Shown piece by piece: positions 57,517 through 64,000 of a stretch of 64,000 nucleotides of DNA. Location of the stretch: NCBI GenBank assembly GCA_963666205.1, contig OY762654.1:1760001-1824000 (forward strand). Reading direction: 5' to 3'. The DNA is from Synergistales bacterium. Lineage in GTDB: Bacteria; Synergistota; Synergistia; Synergistales; JAFGMB01. The position numbers were made by a program, and so were the translations under genes. The notes below the pieces were generated by a model. It had not been told where the DNA came from. It saw only the letters and a list, made by a program, of their open reading frames with translations, and did no database searches. The stretch's first letter is position 1; each line of letters starts with the position of its first letter.

Positions 57517-58998
57517 ATGATATTGAGTATTCTTTCAGCTTTTGCTACTGCTTTTTCCTTTTGGGGTCTTGTTGCGTCTTTTGGTGGAGTTTTTGGTGGT
57601 ATTGTCATAGGTTCACTCCCGGGCTTATCAGCTACAATGGCAGTAGCTCTCCTGATACCGGTTACCTTTGCCATGTCTCCAGGCATAGCTCTTATCCTTC
57701 TTGTAGGGATTTACTGTGGTTCTGTTTATGGTTCGTCCATTTCTGCCATTCTTATAGGTGTTCCAGGAACACCTTCGGCTGCGGCTACCTGGATGGATGG
57801 TTATCCCATGACAAAGAACGGCGAGGCATCAAAGGCACTGGGTGGTTCAATTATAGGATCTTTTATTGGGGGTATCTTCAGTGCTTTCGCTCTAGCTCTC
57901 CTTGCCCCTGTCCTGGCCAAAGTTGCCCTTAAGTTCGGGCCTCCTGAATATTTCTCTTTGGCCATTTTCGGACTTTCAATAATAGTCAGTCTGGTTTCCA
58001 AATCTTTCCTCAAAGGCCTAGTGTCTGCTTTACTTGGTCTAATCCTTGCATCAGTCGGGATGGATCCGATCTTGGGAGAGGTCCGAATGACCTTTGATAG
58101 CATAAACTTAATGAGTGGTATACCCTTTGCCTGTGCAATAATTGGTATTTTCGGTTTTTCTCAAGTTCTCCAGCTCTGTCAACAGAATATCATTGCAGAA
58201 TCATCAGAAAATGATATTTCAGATAGAAGGCTTCCCAACCTGAAAGAAATATTCAAATTCACCCCAACTATTATCAGATCTTCTATTATTGGCACTATTA
58301 TTGGAATAATACCAGGTGCTGGAACAAGTATGGCTTCTTTTATAGCCTATAACGAAGCTAAACGTTTTTCAAAGAACAGAGAAAAATTTGGCACAGGGTA
58401 TCTGGAAGGAGTAATTGCGCCAGATACAGCAAATAATGCTGTAACAGGTGGATCAATGGTTCCTATGCTTGCTTTAGGTGTTCCCGGGAACGGCGTTTCA
58501 GCCATTTTCATTGGAGCCCTTATGATCCATGGAATAGCCCCAGGTCCATTACTTTTTAAAAATCATGCGGACCTTGTCAATACAATCTTTCTTGGTTTTT
58601 TTGTAGCAAATTTCTTCATGCTCATAATTGGGTTGCTGGTCGCTAAATATATGTCCAGGGTTACTCTTATCCCGACGGGTATTCTTACTCCGATGATATG
58701 TGTACTTTGTGTCATAGGATCCTATGCCATCCGTAATAATCTTTTTGATGTATGGGTAATGCTTTTCTTTGGATTGGGAAGCTATTTCCTTTCAAAGTTT
58801 AAATTTTCTCTCATACCCTTTGTTTTGGCCTTGATATTAGCTCCCATTGCTGAAAAATCATTCTACCAGTCTCTTCTTATTTCTCAGGGTAGTTATTCAA
58901 TCTTTTTCACCAAGCCCATAAGTCTTGTCCTGATTGTACTGGCAGTCCTTTCTGTTGTAATACCACTTTTCAAAAAAGGACTTAAAGAACAGGAATAA
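57517..58998 (+). CDS. tctA: TctA-family large membrane subunit
   Basis: LPGLSATMAVALL, PGTPSA, DGYPM, PGAG, TANNA and LGVPG. Confidence 0.92.
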   Translation: MILSILSAFATAFSFWGLVASFGGVFGGIVIGSLPGLSATMAVALLIPVTFAMSPGIALILLVGIYCGSVYGSSISAILIGVPGTPSAAATWMDGYPMTKNGEASKALGGSIIGSFIGGIFSAFALALLAPVLAKVALKFGPPEYFSLAIFGLSIIVSLVSKSFLKGLVSALLGLILASVGMDPILGEVRMTFDSINLMSGIPFACAIIGIFGFSQVLQLCQQNIIAESSENDISDRRLPNLKEIFKFTPTIIRSSIIGTIIGIIPGAGTSMASFIAYNEAKRFSKNREKFGTGYLEGVIAPDTANNAVTGGSMVPMLALGVPGNGVSAIFIGALMIHGIAPGPLLFKNHADLVNTIFLGFFVANFFMLIIGLLVAKYMSRVTLIPTGILTPMICVLCVIGSYAIRNNLFDVWVMLFFGLGSYFLSKFKFSLIPFVLALILAPIAEKSFYQSLLISQGSYSIFFTKPISLVLIVLAVLSVVIPLFKKGLKEQE

Positions 58999-59034
58999 AC
59001 AATATCTGAATGCAGCCCGAAAGGTAGGGATCAA

Positions 59035-60297
59035 ATGGGTAAGACCTTTGCGGAAAAAGTTTTGGGAAATGCAGCGGGAAAAGATGTTGAACCAGGTGAG
59101 ATAGTAAATGTCTACCCTCACTTTTGCATGAGTCATGACAATGCTGCTGCTGTAAGAAAAATATTCAGCAGGATAAATACTGCAAAAGTCTGGGACCCTG
59201 AGAGGCTAGTATTTATCCTGGATCATGCCATACCTGCACCAAGTGACAAACATGCATTGAACCACCAACAGATCAGAGAATTTGTAATGCAACAGAATCT
59301 TGTCCATTTCTATGATGTTACCAGTGAGGGTGGAGTATGCCATCAGGTGATGTGTGAAGAAGGGTATGCTCTTCCGGGGTTGATAAATGTGGGAACTGAT
59401 AGTCATACTTGTACCCATGGTGCCTTTGGGACATTTTCTACCGGAATTGGCAGAACTGAAATGGCAGCAGTCTGGGCAACAGGGCATATATGGTTCAGAG
59501 TGCCAGAATCGATCAAGATAATTCTTGAAGGATCTTTTGCTCCAGGGGTAGTGGTTAAAGATCTTATTCTCCGGATCATTGGTGATATAAAAGCTGATGG
59601 AGCCGATTATCGTTCTCTGGAGTTCCATGGTTCTGCCGTAGAAAAGATGAGCCTTGCAGAGAGAATGACCCTGTGCAATATGGGTATCGAAATGGGTGCC
59701 AAAAATGCTGCTTGTCCTCCAGATAAAAAGGTTCTAACACATATAGAAATATGTGCCAAGAGGAATGACTGGAAGGTTCTTTGGGCGGATGACAATGCAA
59801 AATATGCCCGAATACTTAATTATGATCTTGGAACAGTCGAACCAGGGGTAGCTAAACCCCATACGGTAGATAATTACTCTCAAGTTTCTGTGTTGTTTGG
59901 AACTCCAATCCACCAGGCATTCATAGGAACCTGTACCAACGGTAGATTCGAAGATCTTTACGCTGCTGCTCAGATCCTTAAAGGTCAGAGAGTATCAGTA
60001 AGAACTATCGTTATACCTGCCTCATGGAAGGTATACAGAAAAGCTATGAAGGAAGGGCTCCTTGACATATTCCTGGATTCAGGTTGTGTTATCGCAAATC
60101 CCGGATGTGGGCCCTGCCTAGGAAATCATGAAGGAGTATTGGCTCCTGGAGAGGTATGTGTATCTACTGCCAATCGCAATTTCAGAGGTCGAATGGGCAA
60201 CAGAGACAGCTATATATACCTGGCAAGTCCGTTAACTGTAGCCGCGTCTGCACTGAAGGGAGAAATTGCTGACCCAAGAGAGGTGCATAAGGGATGA
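59035..60297 (+). CDS. Second LeuC/HacA-type Fe-S hydro-lyase large subunit
   Basis: GVCHQ, DSHTCTHG, GTCTNGR, CGPCLG and NRNFRGRMG. Confidence 0.9.
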   Translation: MGKTFAEKVLGNAAGKDVEPGEIVNVYPHFCMSHDNAAAVRKIFSRINTAKVWDPERLVFILDHAIPAPSDKHALNHQQIREFVMQQNLVHFYDVTSEGGVCHQVMCEEGYALPGLINVGTDSHTCTHGAFGTFSTGIGRTEMAAVWATGHIWFRVPESIKIILEGSFAPGVVVKDLILRIIGDIKADGADYRSLEFHGSAVEKMSLAERMTLCNMGIEMGAKNAACPPDKKVLTHIEICAKRNDWKVLWADDNAKYARILNYDLGTVEPGVAKPHTVDNYSQVSVLFGTPIHQAFIGTCTNGRFEDLYAAAQILKGQRVSVRTIVIPASWKVYRKAMKEGLLDIFLDSGCVIANPGCGPCLGNHEGVLAPGEVCVSTANRNFRGRMGNRDSYIYLASPLTVAASALKGEIADPREVHKG

Positions 60298-60788
60298 ATA
60301 TAACCGGTAAGGTGTGGAAATATGGTGACAATGTAGATACTGACGTGATTTTTCCCGGGAAATATACGTATACAATTACCGATGAAAAGGAAATGGGAAA
60401 ACATGCACTTGAAGACCTTGATCCTGACTTTGTTTCCAATGTGCAGCCCGGAGATATTATTGTTGGAGGGAGAAACTGGGGGTGCGGATCTTCCAGACAG
60501 CAAGCCGTAACTTGTTTAAAAGTGAATGGGATTGCTGCTATTGTTGTTAAGGGAGTTTCCAGAATCCATTACAGGAACGCTATCAATGAAGCTCTTCCTG
60601 TCATAGTCTGTCCTGAAGCTGTAGATTCTATAGAGCAGGGAGATACTATTAGTATCGATCTTTCTAACGGAAAAGTCTACACGAGAAAAGGTGAATTTTC
60701 ATTTAAACCCTTTCCTCCTGTAATTACTGGTCTTATTGAAAGTGGCGGACTCATCCCTTTTGTTAATGAGAACCTTGGTAAAAGATAG
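60294..60788 (+). CDS. Second LeuD/HacB-type small subunit
   Basis: GDNVDTD, NWGCGSSRQQA and RIHYRNAIN. Confidence 0.9.
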   Translation: MNITGKVWKYGDNVDTDVIFPGKYTYTITDEKEMGKHALEDLDPDFVSNVQPGDIIVGGRNWGCGSSRQQAVTCLKVNGIAAIVVKGVSRIHYRNAINEALPVIVCPEAVDSIEQGDTISIDLSNGKVYTRKGEFSFKPFPPVITGLIESGGLIPFVNENLGKR

Positions 60789-60818
60789 ATTAAGAATTCT
60801 ATATCATCCTGGCGATTG

Positions 60819-60862
60819 AATAAAGAAGGGCGAAGCCTGTAACTGCTTCGCCCTTCTTTATT
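60819..60862. terminator. Bidirectional terminator
   Basis: aataaagaagggcgaagc-N8-gcttcgcccttctttatt. Confidence 0.8.
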
Positions 60863-60899
60863 CTGTAGTTTCTGTCTTCAATTATTTGAAACATAAATA

Positions 60900-62012
60900 T
60901 TATTTCAATGTTTCCCTTGCGGCCCTGGTAAGATTGGCAAGACCTTCCTTCAGGTCCGGGATATGAGGCCATCCGTAACCCACCCTCATGAAGCGGCGGG
61001 GCATCTCGAACCAGTGTCCCGGTCCGACGTAGGTTCCGTATTTTTCGTTGAGGATCCGGTAAAAGTCGTCCATGTCCATATTCAGTCCTGAAGATATCCT
61101 CGGGAAACATACGACCCCGCCCGAAGGTTCCACCCATTCGAATTCAGTCTGGTTTTTCATCCAGTCCCTGATAATCGAGAAGGCTTCAGAAATGTGAAGG
61201 TTGTTCGATTTGAGCCATTCTTCCCGGCCCAGAAGGGCTCTGTAGGCAATCTCCTCGTCCACTACGCTGCCGCAGATACCGATCTGCTCCTTCGCGGAAA
61301 GCAGGGTTTCCATAAGTTCACGATCCCTGCAGACTATCCATCCTGTCCTTATTCCCGGTATCCCATAGGTTTTTGAAAGGGATGATACACTTATGGCCTT
61401 TTTTGACAGGGATGCAGCCACCGGCAGTGGTTCTCCGAAGGTCATTTCCCTGTATGTCTCGTCCACAAGCAGACGACATCCTTTATGTTCCACCAGATCA
61501 ATGGTGTTTTCCAGGTCATTTATCGTCATTAACGTACCTGTGGGGTTATGGGGAGAGGTCAGGCTCACATACTTTGTTTCGGGTCGGATCATGGAAGCTA
61601 TGCGGCTGGTATCAAGGGCAAAACCTTCTTCAAAGACCAGGTCCAGAAAACTGATATCTGCCCCTATGGCCCGGGGAGTTTCTATATTGGTGGAGTAGTT
61701 GGGTCTCTCCACAACCAGATGATCCCCCTTTTCGAGAAGGGACGTTGCAATGATGAATAGGGCCCCGGCAGCCCCTGCTGTTATCAGTACATCATCTGGA
61801 GTAATGTTTTCACCGGATATGCTGGCTATTTTTTCCCTGAGCCCGGGATGGCCCGCGTGGTCACCGTAGAACAGGGTCATATCCTCCAGGGTAAATCCAA
61901 GGTCAGATATCTTTCTGTCTCTGACGGAACTCTCAGTAAGGTTGTAACGGATGAGATCATATCCGAGCTGTTCAGGTGATTCCTTTTCAATAGGCATGCG
62001 AAGGTATTTCAA
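60900..62012 (-). CDS. Class I/II PLP-dependent enzyme (aminotransferase-like)
   Basis: SPHNPTG, VDETYR and SLSKTYGIPGIRTGW. Confidence 0.85.
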   Translation of the reverse strand: MKYLRMPIEKESPEQLGYDLIRYNLTESSVRDRKISDLGFTLEDMTLFYGDHAGHPGLREKIASISGENITPDDVLITAGAAGALFIIATSLLEKGDHLVVERPNYSTNIETPRAIGADISFLDLVFEEGFALDTSRIASMIRPETKYVSLTSPHNPTGTLMTINDLENTIDLVEHKGCRLLVDETYREMTFGEPLPVAASLSKKAISVSSLSKTYGIPGIRTGWIVCRDRELMETLLSAKEQIGICGSVVDEEIAYRALLGREEWLKSNNLHISEAFSIIRDWMKNQTEFEWVEPSGGVVCFPRISSGLNMDMDDFYRILNEKYGTYVGPGHWFEMPRRFMRVGYGWPHIPDLKEGLANLTRAARETLK

Positions 62013-62041
62013 AGTGAGTCCCCCTTTTCTGTACTGCTATA

Positions 62042-63091
62042 TCAGTATCCGCAGGTCAATGTCATGAGATCGCTCAGCACTCCATAAGCCGTATCATACA
62101 AACTGGGGTCTTCCTGGGTTATCAGTACGGGGCCCATGAGGTCCGTTTCTATACGTATCACGGCCCCTCCACCCGTGACGGAATTATAATGGTGTCCGCC
62201 AGGAATCTCTTCAACTTTTACGCTTGCCCTGACCTCTTCCTCTTCTCTCCATGCCCTGCAGATAAGCTTGAGCCTTTTTCCTGAATCGACAGCTTTTCTC
62301 ACATCATCAGTGCTCAGGCCGGTAATACCCTTCCTGTCGACGTCGAAAGGTGTAATTGATGCATCCATGAGGGCATTTGCAAGAACGGATATTTTTGCAG
62401 AGGGGTCCCAGCCTTCCAGATCGTGGCGGGGGTCTGCTTCAGCAACTCCTATTTCCTGGGCTTCCTTAACAGCACTCTCAAGATCCTGCCCTTCTTCCAT
62501 CCTGGTGAGGATGTAGTTGGTGGTTGAATTAAGGATCCCGTCAATTCCTTTAACGGTACATCCTTTCAGGGAACAGCGGGCCATGTTGAAGACGGGAGCG
62601 CCATCCATTACGGTGGTCTCGTAGAGAAAGACAGAGCCCTTATTTTCAGCCAGGGTATTCAGTTCACGAAAGGCGAAGGCCACTGGCCCCTTGTTGGCCG
62701 TTATGGCATGGCTGCCTCGCTCCAGGGCTGTCCTTATGTGACTTATGGCTGGTTCTCCCTTTTTTTCAATGCTAAGGGTAGAAAGTTCAACAAGAACGTC
62801 ATAGTCAAGGGTACGGGCGGCCTCTATCCCGGTCATGGAAGTGATGTCCGGGTTTGAAGGAGAAAAGTTTCCCAACTCTTCCACTTCCTCAAGGGCTTTC
62901 TGTAGATCGACACCACTCTTTTCATTAACCAGGCTCCCTTTGGATCTCCCTATAATACCCACTACTTTGAGATCCAGAGGTGCAAGCCCGGGAAAACTGT
63001 TCTTTTCTCTGGTCAGTATACGGGCTACCTGTTGACCCACGTTACCGAAACCAATAAACAGGGCTTTAAGGGTTTTTGTGTGTTTATCCAT
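62042..63091 (-). CDS. Homoserine dehydrogenase family (no ACT domain)
   Basis: GFGNVG, TANKGP, YETTVMDGAP, GILNSTTNYIL and AEADPRHDLEGWD. Confidence 0.88.
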   Translation of the reverse strand: MDKHTKTLKALFIGFGNVGQQVARILTREKNSFPGLAPLDLKVVGIIGRSKGSLVNEKSGVDLQKALEEVEELGNFSPSNPDITSMTGIEAARTLDYDVLVELSTLSIEKKGEPAISHIRTALERGSHAITANKGPVAFAFRELNTLAENKGSVFLYETTVMDGAPVFNMARCSLKGCTVKGIDGILNSTTNYILTRMEEGQDLESAVKEAQEIGVAEADPRHDLEGWDPSAKISVLANALMDASITPFDVDRKGITGLSTDDVRKAVDSGKRLKLICRAWREEEEVRASVKVEEIPGGHHYNSVTGGGAVIRIETDLMGPVLITQEDPSLYDTAYGVLSDLMTLTCGY

Positions 63092-63093
63092 CT

Positions 63094-64000
63094 TTATTCT
63101 GATCCTGCAATTTCTTTAACGGTGTTTACCAGGCGTTCCACTTCCTCCATGGTGTTGTAAAGGGAAACGCCCACCCTTGTCACTCCACCCCTTTCCATAA
63201 GGCCGAGGACCTCTATGGGACGCATGGCGTAGAAATGACCGTCCCAGGCACAGATACCCTTTTCATTAAGGGCCCTGCACACATCTATGGGATCCATGCC
63301 TTCCAGGGTAAAGGAAACGGTAGGAGCCCTTCTCTCTGTTTCGAAGGAAGGCCCGATGAGGGTAAGGCCCGGAATTTTGCCGAGTCCTGTATATATCTCC
63401 CGGGCAAGAAGATGTTCATATTTCCTTATTCGTTCCATCCCGGTTATTATTTTTTCCCTAAGGGATCCACCCATACCGAAGGTGGCAATATACTCAACTG
63501 CTGCCTTGACCCCTTCGATGGCGGCATGATTGAGGGTTCCTGTCTCTATACAGTATGGAGCATGCTGTTCCTGGCTTCGGAGGGTATAGACGGGAAGCTG
63601 GCCAAGAACACCGTCTTTCGCGTAAAGAATGCCCACGTGGGGGCCATAGAATTTATAAGCAGAGCAGACCAGGAAATCCACGCCCAGGGATGTTACGTCA
63701 ATGGGGAAGTGTGGGGCATAATGAACTGCATCCACCAGAAGCCATGCTCCTACTTCATAGGTCAGTTTTCTTATTAGGGCAATATCGTTTACTGTACCAA
63801 TCGCATTGGACGAAAAACCAACCGCCACCAGGCGGGTGTTCTCGTTGATCTTTTCCCGAAGATCGTCATAATCCAGAGTACCTTCGGGGGTGATCCCTAT
63901 CTCTCTAACCTCAATGTCCAGCTCTCGAAGGGCAAGCCAGGGACCCCTGTTAGCCTCATGATCCAGCTGGGTTACCAGTATTTCGTCGCCAGGCTGAAAA
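63094..64000 (-). CDS. Cysteine desulfurase-like class V PLP protein, 5' end outside the window
   Basis: VDAVHYAPH, CSAYKFYGPH, ETGT, GHFYA and RVGVSLYN; the frame appears to continue to the right edge. Confidence 0.82.
   Translation of the reverse strand, partial: FQPGDEILVTQLDHEANRGPWLALRELDIEVREIGITPEGTLDYDDLREKINENTRLVAVGFSSNAIGTVNDIALIRKLTYEVGAWLLVDAVHYAPHFPIDVTSLGVDFLVCSAYKFYGPHVGILYAKDGVLGQLPVYTLRSQEQHAPYCIETGTLNHAAIEGVKAAVEYIATFGMGGSLREKIITGMERIRKYEHLLAREIYTGLGKIPGLTLIGPSFETERRAPTVSFTLEGMDPIDVCRALNEKGICAWDGHFYAMRPIEVLGLMERGGVTRVGVSLYNTMEEVERLVNTVKEIAGSE

Noticed and set aside
53233-60788. Leucine biosynthesis operon
   Set aside because: No leuA or leuB; the context is transporter, lyase and IclR.

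Overview
A gene-dense bacterial chromosomal window with no rRNA, tRNA, CRISPR array or transposase that I can recognise. Its content (butyrate kinases and phosphotransbutyrylases, HD-GYP sensors, many amino-acid and organic-acid catabolic enzymes, Fe-S proteins) points to an anaerobic amino-acid fermenter, plausibly Synergistota; this is inference only. Main blocks from left to right: a class IV aminotransferase (partial); two tandem membrane HD-GYP sensors; a buk-ptb-ptb-buk block; an IclR gene plus a class V aminotransferase; and a GntR-linked divergent island (TAXI-TRAP transporter, D-2-hydroxyacid dehydrogenase, atypical glutamate racemase, HOGA1-like aldolase, aspartate aminotransferase-like enzyme, and an apparently identical second copy of the class V aminotransferase) that reads like a 4-hydroxyglutamate/glyoxylate pathway. 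These are followed by a small thioredoxin/ArsD-like ORF with an in-frame TGA in a C-U-x-x-x-C motif (candidate selenoprotein missed by the ORF track); a Fur gene with near-consensus Fur boxes ahead of a DUF5320 / Fe-S P-loop ATPase / NifX / ferredoxin cluster; LarA, M20 hydrolase and two serine/cysteine dehydratase-type genes; an opine dehydrogenase-SSS-GntR unit; and an IclR/TctCBA island with two different LeuCD-type hydro-lyases and an ICL-family lyase. All product calls come from motif recognition by eye, not database searches.
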